Source: Cyanobacteria bacterium P01_D01_bin.156 (GTDB taxonomy: Bacteria > Cyanobacteriota > Cyanobacteriia > Phormidesmidales > Phormidesmidaceae). From it: a stretch of DNA of 64,000 bases. Positions 1-8,912 of this stretch are shown piece by piece. The DNA is taken from positions 12,903 through 76,902 of the forward strand of contig JBCCQQ010000025.1 of the NCBI GenBank assembly GCA_039024555.1, read 5' to 3'. Positions within the stretch are counted from its first letter, which is position 1. Each line of letters opens with the position of its first letter. Both the position numbers and the translations under genes were made by a program. The notes below the pieces were generated by a model. That model worked only from the letters and a program-made list of their open reading frames with translations, was not told the DNA's origin and made no database searches.

Positions 1-1210
1 TGTGTTCGGTAATTTCTTCCGGCTTTAGTCGGCTGACCACCACCTGTAGATCAATACGATCCATCAGGGGGCCAGAAAGCTTGGCCCAGTACATTTCGCG
101 CGACCTGGGTGTACAGGTACAGGGCTGCACCGTATCGCCAAAAAAGCCACAGGGGCAAGGGTTAGTACTAGCCACCAGCGTAAACTGAGCGGGAAATTCT
201 ACCGACTGGCGTGTTCTGGCAATACTCACGTAGCCATCTTCCAAAGGCTGTCGTAAGAATTCCAGTACTTTGCGATTAAATTCTGTGAGTTCATCTAAAA
301 ACAGAATGCCGCGATGAGCTAGGGAAATTTCACCAGGCTTAGGAAAGGTGCCGCCACCTACTAAGGATGGACCTGAAGCTGAATGGTGGGGACTCCGAAA
401 TGGACGCTGGGTCACCAATGAGCCTTTTTCTTTAAGTAACCCAGCGACGGAATGAATTTGGGTGACTTCCAACGCTTCTTGAAAATTGAGTGGGGGCAGA
501 ATAGTGGCAAGTCTGCGGGCCAACATAGTCTTTCCACTACCTGGTGGTCCAACGAACACAAGATTATGGCCGCCCGCCGCTGCAATTTCTAAAGCTCGTC
601 GGGCTTGGACCTGTCCTTTTACGTCCTTTAGGTCTACGGCGTGGGGTTGGGCACTGGCTAGGGCTTGACGTCCATCAATGGTGAGGGGTTGTTGCTCGCC
701 AGGATTGTTGAGGAACTCTACTACATCGGTAATGTTCTCAAAGCCGTAGACAGAGAGATTAGGTACTACAGCAGCTTCTTGGGCATTATCCTTTGGCACA
801 ATCAGGCCATCGACGCCTAACTGTTGTGCCGCTGCTGCCATGGCCATAACGCCTGCTACGGGGCGAAGGCTGCCATCAAGGGAGAGTTCGCCTAATATCA
901 AATACTTGTTTAGTCGGTCTTGGCTTACTAGGTCAGCGGCGGCCAGAATACCGATGGCGATGGGTAAGTCGTAGATGGGGCCTTCTTTGCGTACGTCTGC
1001 TGGCGTTAGATTTACGACCACCTTACGCATGGGGAAGGGAAACCCTGCGTTTTTGAGTGCTGCTTTGACACGTTCGCGGGATTCTTGGACTGCGGTGTCG
1101 GGTAGGCCAACGACGACTACGCTAGGTAAACCTCCCGATAGGTCAACTTCCACACCGACTTTTAGGGCATCAATACCAATTAAGGATGCACTCCAGATTC
1201 TTGCCAGCAT
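1..1210 (-). CDS. comM: YifB/ComM family Mg-chelatase-like AAA+ ATPase (3' end runs off the window)
   Basis: Manual translation from ATG 1210: MLARIWSASLIGIDALKVGVEVDLSGGLPSVVVVGLPDTAVQESRERV; Walker A GPPGSGKT; PFRSPHHSAS; GEISLAHRGILFLDE. Missing from the ORF track because it is truncated. Confidence 0.93.
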   Translation of the reverse strand, partial: MLARIWSASLIGIDALKVGVEVDLSGGLPSVVVVGLPDTAVQESRERVKAALKNAGFPFPMRKVVVNLTPADVRKEGPIYDLPIAIGILAAADLVSQDRLNKYLILGELSLDGSLRPVAGVMAMAAAAQQLGVDGLIVPKDNAQEAAVVPNLSVYGFENITDVVEFLNNPGEQQPLTIDGRQALASAQPHAVDLKDVKGQVQARRALEIAAAGGHNLVFVGPPGSGKTMLARRLATILPPLNFQEALEVTQIHSVAGLLKEKGSLVTQRPFRSPHHSASGPSLVGGGTFPKPGEISLAHRGILFLDELTEFNRKVLEFLRQPLEDGYVSIARTRQSVEFPAQFTLVASTNPCPCGFFGDTVQPCTCTPRSREMYWAKLSGPLMDRIDLQVVVSRLKPEEITEH

Positions 1211-1379
1211 TGTAGGCTCCTACTTGTTTATGTAGGGTTCCCAGTAAGTACGCATCATTCAATCAGCTTTGACGTAAGAGGATATTTGGAAAACGAGCAC
1301 CACGTTACGTAACCATATCCACTAAAAAATGAGAGGTGCTTGGCGTACATTGCTAGTGTGATATTCCTGATCCCTAGCT

Positions 1380-3149
1380 GTGGCTAAGTCTTCCTTTCGT
1401 CAAGTCCTGATCTTAAATCTCACGGCAGGTATCGGTATCACCCTATCGGTAATTGCCAGCCTGTCTGTCCACCGTTGGGAAGTGTCTCAGCAGCGTAACC
1501 AGTTTCAGCAACAGCTGGAGAATTTGACGATTGCACTGCAGCGCAGCCTGAACAGATATACCGATGTCCTGACGTTTCTCAATGATCACTATGGTGTGAG
1601 CCAGGGGCAGGTGCAGCAGCAGTCTTTCGATACGTTTGTGGCGCGATCGCTAAAAGAATATCCGGGGATTCAAGCATTAGAGTGGGCACCGCTCGTCACA
1701 TTAGCGGAACGTCCTCTTTATGAAAAGACAATTCAAGACAACGGGTTTCCGACTTTTGAGATTACCGAGCTGGGTGCAGAAGACCGCTTAGTCACTGCAA
1801 GCGAGCGAGACTATTACCTGCCAGTCACCTATCTTGCACCGATGGCTGGCAACGAAGAAGCCCTGGGGTTTGATCTAAATTCCAGCGTGGCCAGGGCCGC
1901 CGCGATTGAACCAGCGATAGCCACGGGAGAAATTCATGCTACAGGTCGTATTCGCTTGGTGCAAGAACAGCAGAACCAGTATGGATTTTTGGTGATTTTA
2001 CCGCTCTATCAAACCGGTGCTATACCAACATCACAGTTATCACGGCAGGATCGGTTTAGTGGGATTTTGCTGGGGGTCTTCCAGGTTTCAGATGTGGTGG
2101 AAGAAGCTCTCCAAGGGTTAAGTTCTGATATTGATTTTGATTTGTACGACCAGAATGCGGAAGCATCCGAGCAGTTTCTAGGGCGATACGATGCTGGGAA
2201 TCGCAGCGTGGGGGTGGTCGAGAACAATCGACCGGAGGAACAGAGTCGTCGGTCGCTGTTTTTGTGCCCCACATCGGCAGACTGTACTCGCACCATCGAG
2301 ATTGGACAGCGGCAGTGGCTGGTTGCGTTCTTCCCGGCGGAGACTTATCTCCTCAACCGTCTCTATGCCACTTGGGCAACGCTGTTGACAGGTCTTTTGT
2401 TGACGGTATGTTTGGCGCTATTCTTGCGTAACCTACAAACTGAGCTTAACCGCACGATCACTCTCAGTGATCTAAAGCTGCGATTTTTCTCAATGGCTTC
2501 CCACGAACTGCGAACGCCCCTCAGCACCATTTTGCTCTCGACAGAGTCGCTACAGGTTAACTACACCCACCTGTCAGAAGATCAAAAGCGGCATAACCTT
2601 GAGCGCATTCATGCGACCGCTGAGCAAATGAACCAGCAGATTACGGACCTTCTCACCCTGACTCGGGCTGAAGCGGGCAAGCTGGAGTTTGCGCCTGAGC
2701 TACTAAATGTTAGGTCTTTTTGTCGGGAAGTTGTGGATGAGATTTGCTTAGGCCTAAGTCAGCTGGTTGAGCTGACCGGTGCGTTTGCAGATAATGCCCT
2801 AACCGCTAAGGCTTTTTGGGATAAGAAATTAGTGCGATCGCTCCTGAGTAATCTGCTCTCCAATGCGGCAAAATATTCTCCACCTACCAGTCTGATTACC
2901 CTCAGTCTGCAGTGCGATGCTCACAGGGCAGTACTCCAGGTTTGCGATCGCGGTATCGGTATTCCCGCCGCCGACCGGGCACACGTTCAGGAAACATTCC
3001 ACCGGGGCAGCAACGTAGGCGAGGTGACCGGCACCGGTCTGGGATTAGCCATCGTCAAGATTTGCGTAGACCTGCATAGAGGCCACTGGCACATCGACAG
3101 CACAGAAGAGGAGGGCACTGTGGTTACAGTTACCCTCCCCCTCGAATAA
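1380..3149 (+). CDS. CHASE-domain membrane sensor histidine kinase
   Basis: Two TM segments flank a CHASE-like region (YPGIQALEWAP, YYLPVTYLAP, ALGFDL, IRLVQ); H-box SHELRTPL, N-box NLLSNAAKY, G-boxes DRGIGI and GTGLGL. Confidence 0.92.
   Translation: MAKSSFRQVLILNLTAGIGITLSVIASLSVHRWEVSQQRNQFQQQLENLTIALQRSLNRYTDVLTFLNDHYGVSQGQVQQQSFDTFVARSLKEYPGIQALEWAPLVTLAERPLYEKTIQDNGFPTFEITELGAEDRLVTASERDYYLPVTYLAPMAGNEEALGFDLNSSVARAAAIEPAIATGEIHATGRIRLVQEQQNQYGFLVILPLYQTGAIPTSQLSRQDRFSGILLGVFQVSDVVEEALQGLSSDIDFDLYDQNAEASEQFLGRYDAGNRSVGVVENNRPEEQSRRSLFLCPTSADCTRTIEIGQRQWLVAFFPAETYLLNRLYATWATLLTGLLLTVCLALFLRNLQTELNRTITLSDLKLRFFSMASHELRTPLSTILLSTESLQVNYTHLSEDQKRHNLERIHATAEQMNQQITDLLTLTRAEAGKLEFAPELLNVRSFCREVVDEICLGLSQLVELTGAFADNALTAKAFWDKKLVRSLLSNLLSNAAKYSPPTSLITLSLQCDAHRAVLQVCDRGIGIPAADRAHVQETFHRGSNVGEVTGTGLGLAIVKICVDLHRGHWHIDSTEEEGTVVTVTLPLE
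1643..1650. repeat. HIP1 octamer GCGATCGC (representative; many copies across the window)
   Basis: Also at e.g. 2834, 2944, 11333, 11881, 20768, 41011, 46999, 54992; typical cyanobacterial over-represented palindrome. Confidence 0.85.
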
Positions 3150-3183
3150 ACCACCTTCTTAGTGAAATGGGCGGTGGACCCGA

Positions 3184-4605
3184 TTATTCACGCGCGCCAG
3201 GCACAATCATATTCAGCACCAGCGCGGCGATGCCGCCGGTCGCAATCCCCGACGAAAAGACACTGCGTATAAGATACGGCGTATTCTCCAAAACCTCTGG
3301 CACAAACGTGACGCCCATGCCCAACCCCAGGGATACTACCAAAATTAAAGTGTTGCGCCGACTTAAATTGACCGTATGCAAAATCTTAATTCCAGCGGCA
3401 ACAACAGAGCTAAACATTAGCAGCGTAGCTCCACCTAAAACAGGCTGAGGCATGGCTTGAAACAGTCCACCCACAATGGGGAATACCCCCAAGAGAAAGA
3501 GAAAACCTGCAATAAAGTAACCGACATAGCGACTACCCACGCCCGTAAGCTGAATCACACCGTTGTTTTGGCTAAATGTAGTATTAGGAAAAGTGTTGAA
3601 ACAGGCCGCGATTAAGGAATTGACACCATCGCCTAAAATGCCTCCCTTCACACGGTTGAGATAGATTTTTCCTTCAATCGGTTCGCCCACCAGCATAGAC
3701 GTTGCTGTCAGGTCGCCGATGGATTCGATCGTGGTGATTACATATAGAAACGCCAGGGGAATAAATCCAGCAAAGCCAAAGTCAAATCCATATCGGAAGG
3801 GTATGGGCAGGGTGACGTAGGAGAGCTGGCTCAGGCCGCTGAAGTTTAACATGCCTAACGGCCAGGCGATGAGATAGCCCACCGCTAAACCAATCAGAAT
3901 CGCCGACATGCGCAGAAAGGCACTGCGGGTGCAGTTGAGGATGACGATGACGGTTAAAACGATTAGGGAAACCATCAGGTTTTGCGGGGTAGCAAACGTG
4001 CCTGCTGCGATCGCAGCCGCACCACCCCCCATCGCCGTAATCGCCACCTTAATTAATACCAGCCCAATCAGCACAACCACGATACCACTCACCAAAGGTG
4101 TAATGACCTTTTTCAACGGCTCCACAAAAAAGCTCAGAATAATTTCAACAAAGGCTCCTAGCATACAAATCGTCAGCAAATAGGCCAGCGTTTGGGAAGG
4201 ACTGCGCCCCCCTTCTACAGCCGCAGTCCCCACGGTGACCAGCGTACCGACAAAAGCAAAACTCGTCCCCTGAATACTTAATAGTCCCGAACCAACAGGC
4301 CCTACCCGATGCACCTGAATAAACGTCGCAATCCCTGAAACAAACAGCGACATGCTAATCAAAAAACTGGTATCAGCTGCGTCCAAACCGATCGCACCAC
4401 CCACCACAATAGCCGGAGCAATAATATTTACAAACGCCGCCAGTACATGTTGTAAAGCGGCTGCCAGAGTTTCTTGTAAAGGTGGTTTGGCATGCAAACC
4501 ATAGATCATATCGACCCCTGGAGTCTCTTTGGTATCTGACGGAACCTCAAACAATTCAGGATTGTCAGCAGGCGTTGCAAATTTCAACGAATCACGATCA
4601 GTCAT
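3184..4605 (-). CDS. NCS2/NAT family nucleobase:cation symporter, xanthine/uric-acid type
   Basis: Polytopic membrane protein; ALQHVLA in TM1; NAT signature FSQNNGVIQLTG with the Q-N pair of XanQ/UapA-type oxypurine carriers. Confidence 0.92.
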   Translation of the reverse strand: MTDRDSLKFATPADNPELFEVPSDTKETPGVDMIYGLHAKPPLQETLAAALQHVLAAFVNIIAPAIVVGGAIGLDAADTSFLISMSLFVSGIATFIQVHRVGPVGSGLLSIQGTSFAFVGTLVTVGTAAVEGGRSPSQTLAYLLTICMLGAFVEIILSFFVEPLKKVITPLVSGIVVVLIGLVLIKVAITAMGGGAAAIAAGTFATPQNLMVSLIVLTVIVILNCTRSAFLRMSAILIGLAVGYLIAWPLGMLNFSGLSQLSYVTLPIPFRYGFDFGFAGFIPLAFLYVITTIESIGDLTATSMLVGEPIEGKIYLNRVKGGILGDGVNSLIAACFNTFPNTTFSQNNGVIQLTGVGSRYVGYFIAGFLFLLGVFPIVGGLFQAMPQPVLGGATLLMFSSVVAAGIKILHTVNLSRRNTLILVVSLGLGMGVTFVPEVLENTPYLIRSVFSSGIATGGIAALVLNMIVPGARE

Positions 4606-4630
4606 TCAGATATCCCTCATCTCAACAAAC

Positions 4631-4717
4631 TGAAACTGAGTCGTAGTACATCAACTATCAGCCGCTGCCGCTGAGCGGCTCAGCTGAGTTTCCTACAATC
4701 TGCAAGACTCAGTTTCA
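4631..4717 (-). promoter_or_regulatory. Candidate structured 5' leader (riboswitch-like) of the NCS2 permease
   Basis: Perfect 12-bp stem TGAAACTGAGTC/GACTCAGTTTCA encloses nested stems; it ends 25 nt upstream of the ATG, next to a GAGGGA Shine-Dalgarno. Confidence 0.4.
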
Positions 4718-4840
4718 TCGGTGCTTTGAGCCTTAAGGTACAGAGAAGAGGTATAAAATTTGGGGATAGATTTGTGGAGAAATCGAGGAGATTATGAGTG
4801 TCTCCTTACATATTTTTTAGGTGTTTTCTCGAAAAGACTA

Positions 4841-4932
4841 TACCGGTTGAAGGCCCCCTTAGCCCCCAATCCTGAAGGGTACAAGACTCAACCCCCCCAG
4901 GTTTGAGGGTTTGGGGGCCTGAATAATTGGTA
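4841..4932. repeat. Degenerate GC-rich cyanobacterial short dispersed palindromic repeat
   Basis: AGGCCCCC (4851) pairs with GGGGGCCT (ending 4920); internal C-runs and G-runs; TACCGGTT/AATTGGTA outer ends. Confidence 0.5.
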
Positions 4933-5095
4933 GCTTCTTTACCAGAAATGTTCTTAGGATCGGCAATTTAATACTGTACCGATTTAATCCCCTCTGGGGA
5001 GGGGATAGAATAGCTCACTTTGCTTCAAGCAAAATTATGGACGTTATTAAATCCTGATTCCTTAAGCGATCATATTTCTGACGAGCACTACCCAA

Positions 5096-5767
5096 CTAAC
5101 CTTTTAGGCGATAGCCCACACCATGTACGGTCTCGATCATCTGCCTAGGAGCACCAGCAGTTTTGAGCTTAGCCCGTAAATTCTTGATATAACTCTTAAT
5201 CGTGTCCGGTTCAGGGGCTTCTTGCATCGGCCAAGCTTGTTCGATCAGGGCCGCTCGACTCAAAACTCGTCTGCCGTAGCGCAAAAGCGCTTCCATCAAA
5301 GCAAACTCTTTAGGCGTTAGATGAATGGGCGAGCGTCCGTAACTCACCTCATAGGTTTCAAGATTCAGCTGCAATTCCCCCCAGGTTAAAACCGATGTAA
5401 TGCTTGCCTGCCCGCGACGTAGCAAAGCCCGAATCTGCGCCAGCAGCTCTTGCAGATTGAACGGTTTCACCATGTAAGCATCAGCCCCCGAATCCAGACC
5501 CACAATTTTATCTAGACTGGTATCGCGAGCAGTTAACATCAACACTGGCAGCCCATAGCCATGATTCCGTAACCGCTGACATAGCTTGATGCCATCCAAC
5601 TTAGGCAACGTTACATCTAACAAAATAAGGTCATAGGAAAAGGCACACGCCCGCTCCCAAGCCGCTGCTCCATCCCTGACCGAGTCCACCGTATACCGTT
5701 GGGCAGTGAGCGCCTCTGTCAAAGATGCCGACAATCGAACATCATCCTCAGCTAGCAAAATTTGCAT
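5096..5767 (-). CDS. OmpR/PhoB family response regulator
   Basis: LLAEDD, phosphoacceptor LLDVTLP, KPF; C-terminal winged helix LTPKEF...IETVHGVGY. Confidence 0.95.
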   Translation of the reverse strand: MQILLAEDDVRLSASLTEALTAQRYTVDSVRDGAAAWERACAFSYDLILLDVTLPKLDGIKLCQRLRNHGYGLPVLMLTARDTSLDKIVGLDSGADAYMVKPFNLQELLAQIRALLRRGQASITSVLTWGELQLNLETYEVSYGRSPIHLTPKEFALMEALLRYGRRVLSRAALIEQAWPMQEAPEPDTIKSYIKNLRAKLKTAGAPRQMIETVHGVGYRLKG

Positions 5768-5943
5768 CCCTGTCCTCCATCAACAGTGGCACCTGAGAGT
5801 GACATGCTGAGTAATTAAGATAAAGATCACATCCCTGGCCATGGAAGTATGGTATTCGCTTATTAGGCCAGTACACACATAGGGCCTGTCTACTGCAGTC
5901 CCCCAACAGCAACATTCCTTGAAAAGAATCGCTTTTAAAAACC

Positions 5944-6291
5944 ATGTTAACGACTTCAAACTCTTCTAAAGTTGCTATCACGATTTATGAAAAGCAGTTA
6001 GCAGATGAGCACATGAAGGATGTGGAACTGCTAATAGAAAATATGTTTCAGCGGGAAGAGGCGACACTGCAGCTGGTGTTGGACCGCCTCTACGATATTG
6101 GGTCCAATAACTTGATCAACTGCCGAGTAAAGCCTCGTAAACTCAATCGTTTAATGAAATGGATTGCTCGGCTCACTAAACCCATGTTCCATTACATGGC
6201 GGTACGCTGGTCAAAGAAAAACTGCCCTAAGCTGATTGCAGATTGGCTGTATAGTCAGGTGCAGTTTCCAAAACCACCTATGGGAAATTAG
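5944..6291 (+). CDS. Hypothetical protein (cyanobacterial type)
   Basis: 115-aa ATG ORF with helical composition (FQREEATLQLVLDRLYDIGS...NCPKLIADWL); fills the gap between genes. Confidence 0.75.
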   Translation: MLTTSNSSKVAITIYEKQLADEHMKDVELLIENMFQREEATLQLVLDRLYDIGSNNLINCRVKPRKLNRLMKWIARLTKPMFHYMAVRWSKKNCPKLIADWLYSQVQFPKPPMGN

Positions 6292-6315
6292 GAATTTTGA
6301 AGTCGGAAGTACTCT

Positions 6316-6350
6316 GAATTCCGAACTCCGCATTCCGAACTCCAAACTCT
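6316..6350. repeat. Heptameric short tandem repeat (STRR-like)
   Basis: GAATTCC GAACTCC GCATTCC GAACTCC AAACTCT; a related array lies at 23430-23464. Confidence 0.7.
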
Positions 6351-6432
6351 ACAACCGAATTCATAGAAATTCTTAGCCTATTCACCCTCATCTGCACCCT
6401 ACAATGCAGAGCGTTGCAACCCTCAACGCGCC

Positions 6433-6777
6433 ATGAGTGAAGACACTATTTTTGGCAAAATCATTCGCAAAGAAATTCCGGCAGACATCGTTCATGAAGA
6501 CGAACTATGTTTAGCTTTTCGCGATATTAATGCCCAGGCACCCACACATATATTGGTAATTCCCAAAAAAGCGATTCCCAGACTGGTTGATACAGTCCCG
6601 GAAGATAAAGAACTGCTAGGCCATATGTTACTGACTGTAAACAAAATAGCTCAGAAGGAAGGCCTAAAAAATGGCTATCGAGTGGTGATCAACACCGATG
6701 AAGATGGAGGTCAAACTGTCTTCCACCTTCACATGCACCTGCTTGGCGGTCGTTCCCTTTCTTGGCCACCAGGCTAG
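6433..6777 (+). CDS. hinT: Histidine triad (HIT) nucleotide-binding protein
   Basis: TIFGKIIRKEIPA N-terminus; GGQTVFHLHMHLLGG triad; WPPG end. Confidence 0.95.
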   Translation: MSEDTIFGKIIRKEIPADIVHEDELCLAFRDINAQAPTHILVIPKKAIPRLVDTVPEDKELLGHMLLTVNKIAQKEGLKNGYRVVINTDEDGGQTVFHLHMHLLGGRSLSWPPG

Positions 6778-6969
6778 TGAGTGTTCACTCACCAAACAAT
6801 GCGAAATGTTGCAATCTGGCAACTTTCGTATCTTACCCCTACAAACCGCTAAGCATATTTACTAATCTTATAAACGAGTCTCTATTTACTTATTTGCAGC
6901 AGGATATCCGTTTGGTTTGTTCTGCGTGCCTTCACAGTAGAGCCTCTTTATAACTTTTCATTCATCACT

Positions 6970-8052
6970 ATGACTTCTACTTTGCAATCCCGTGGCAATG
7001 CAAGCCTGTGGGACCGCTATTGTGAGTGGGTGACTAGTACTGACAACCGCATTTATGTAGGTTGGTTCGGTACTCTGATGATCCCTACATTGGTGGCTGC
7101 CACTGCATGCTTTGTCATCGCATTTATCGCTGCTCCTCCTGTTGATATCGACGGTATCCGTGAGCCTGTTGCTGGTTCTCTACTACTTGGCAACAACATT
7201 ATCTCCGGTGCTGTAATTCCTTCCTCCAACGCTATCGGTTTGCACTTCTACCCCATCTGGGAAGCCGCTTCTCTAGATGAGTGGTTGTACAACGGTGGCC
7301 CTTACCAGTTGGTAATTTTCCACTTCCTTATTGGCTGCTTTGCCTATATGGGTCGTCAGTGGGAATTGAGTTACCGCTTGGGTATGCGTCCTTGGATCTG
7401 TGTTGCTTATTCTGCGCCTTTGGCCTCTGCAACTGCAGTATTCTTGATCTACCCCATCGGTCAGGGTTCTTTCTCTGATGGTATGCCTCTAGGTATCTCT
7501 GGTACCTTCAACTTCATGCTTGTATTCCAAGCTGAGCACAACATCCTAATGCACCCTTTCCACATGTTGGGAGTAGCTGGTGTATTCGGTGGTTCCTTGT
7601 TCTCCGCAATGCACGGTTCTCTCGTGACTTCCTCCTTGGTTCGTGAGACCACTGAGACTGAGTCCCAGAACTATGGTTACAAGTTTGGTCAGGAAGAAGA
7701 GACTTACAACATTGTTGCTGCACACGGCTACTTCGGTCGTTTGATCTTCCAGTACGCATCCTTTAACAACAGCCGTTCTTTGCACTTCTTCTTGGGTGCT
7801 TGGCCCGTTGTTTGTATTTGGTTTACTGCACTGGGCATCAGCACCATGGCTTTCAACCTGAACGGGTTCAACTTTAACCAGTCTATTTTGGACTCCCAGG
7901 GTCGTGTAGTAAGTACTTGGGCTGACGTGATTAACCGCGCCAACCTAGGTATGGAAGTCATGCACGAGCGTAATGCTCATAACTTCCCTCTCGACCTAGC
8001 TTCCGGTGCTGAAACTCCTGTTGCATTGACTGCTCCTGCAATCAATGGCTAA
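6970..8052 (+). CDS. psbA: Photosystem II reaction centre D1 (standard form, Gln130)
   Basis: 360 aa with D61, Y161, D170, E189, H190, H332, E333, D342, A344 and the C-terminal extension; Q130. Confidence 0.99.
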   Translation: MTSTLQSRGNASLWDRYCEWVTSTDNRIYVGWFGTLMIPTLVAATACFVIAFIAAPPVDIDGIREPVAGSLLLGNNIISGAVIPSSNAIGLHFYPIWEAASLDEWLYNGGPYQLVIFHFLIGCFAYMGRQWELSYRLGMRPWICVAYSAPLASATAVFLIYPIGQGSFSDGMPLGISGTFNFMLVFQAEHNILMHPFHMLGVAGVFGGSLFSAMHGSLVTSSLVRETTETESQNYGYKFGQEEETYNIVAAHGYFGRLIFQYASFNNSRSLHFFLGAWPVVCIWFTALGISTMAFNLNGFNFNQSILDSQGRVVSTWADVINRANLGMEVMHERNAHNFPLDLASGAETPVALTAPAING

Positions 8053-8092
8053 GTGCTTCCGGTAACGGCTAAGTTGTAAAGGCTTAGTTTGA

Positions 8093-8126
8093 AAAAAGGG
8101 GCTCCTTGTTTTAGGGGTCCCTTTTT
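8093..8126 (+). terminator. Intrinsic terminator of psbA
   Basis: AAAAAGGGGCTCCT-TGTTTT-AGGGGTCCCTTTTT hairpin with a T tail. Confidence 0.8.
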
Positions 8127-8251
8127 CATGTTTTGGGAGAGTTTTGCAGACGAGTCATAGGAAGCGACTATCTCCACATAGATTATTTCTGTGTAAACAT
8201 TGGACTCACGCTAGCATTAGGTTTAGTCAGCTCTATTAAAGTAGACCGACA

Positions 8252-8896
8252 ATGGTTGTCACGATTAGCCCAGATCAAATAAAACTGCCGCCCGGTAGCG
8301 AAGTAACGTTACGCTATCAGACTTGGGCAGATTATGAAGCCATTTTGGCCAGTCGTCGTGATGATGCTGCTATCAAAGTCTGTTTTGATGCCTCTACCCA
8401 AGAAATTTCCATTATGGCTCCTATGGCAGGTCATGGTCGCCGAATTGATATCTTGGTTGATTTAGTAAAAGCCTTGCTGCGCCATCAGGGGAGAGACTGG
8501 GATAGTTCTCATCCGATGACTCTCAAGCGCTTAAATGCAGCGGGTGCAGAAACAGATGCCAGTTTTTATATCCAAAACTGGCGAGCATTGCTTGGGAAAG
8601 AGCAACTTGATTTAAGTAATGATCCTCCCCCCGATTTAGCTATCGAGGTTGATCTGACATCTGTGACGAGTTTGAGTGTATATCAAACTCTGGCCGTACC
8701 CGAGCTATGGATTTATCGGCAAGGAGCGTTGAGGATCTATGCACTCACGTCAGCAGGATATCGTGATACGTCCGCTAGCCCAACATTCCCCAACATTGAC
8801 GTAAAAAACTTATTGCCTACCTATGTAGAACAAGCGTGGAGTGATGGGTCTAGTGTAGCCCTACGTGAATTTGAACGGTATCTAACTTCGCTTTAA
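8252..8896 (+). CDS. Uma2 (DUF820) family PD-(D/E)XK endonuclease-like protein
   Basis: TWADYE, IMAPM..H, ETDASFY, PPPDLAIEVD, Y..LAVPELWIY. Confidence 0.9.
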   Translation: MVVTISPDQIKLPPGSEVTLRYQTWADYEAILASRRDDAAIKVCFDASTQEISIMAPMAGHGRRIDILVDLVKALLRHQGRDWDSSHPMTLKRLNAAGAETDASFYIQNWRALLGKEQLDLSNDPPPDLAIEVDLTSVTSLSVYQTLAVPELWIYRQGALRIYALTSAGYRDTSASPTFPNIDVKNLLPTYVEQAWSDGSSVALREFERYLTSL

Positions 8897-8912
8897 ACGT
8901 TCAGACAGCAGA

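Noticed and set aside
486..1235. Plus-strand ORFs 486-668 and 975-1235
   Set aside because: Antisense shadows of the minus-strand comM/yifB gene.
6316..6350. Possible CRISPR array
   Set aside because: 7-nt tandem units without spacers and no cas genes; no repeat-spacer array was seen anywhere in the window.
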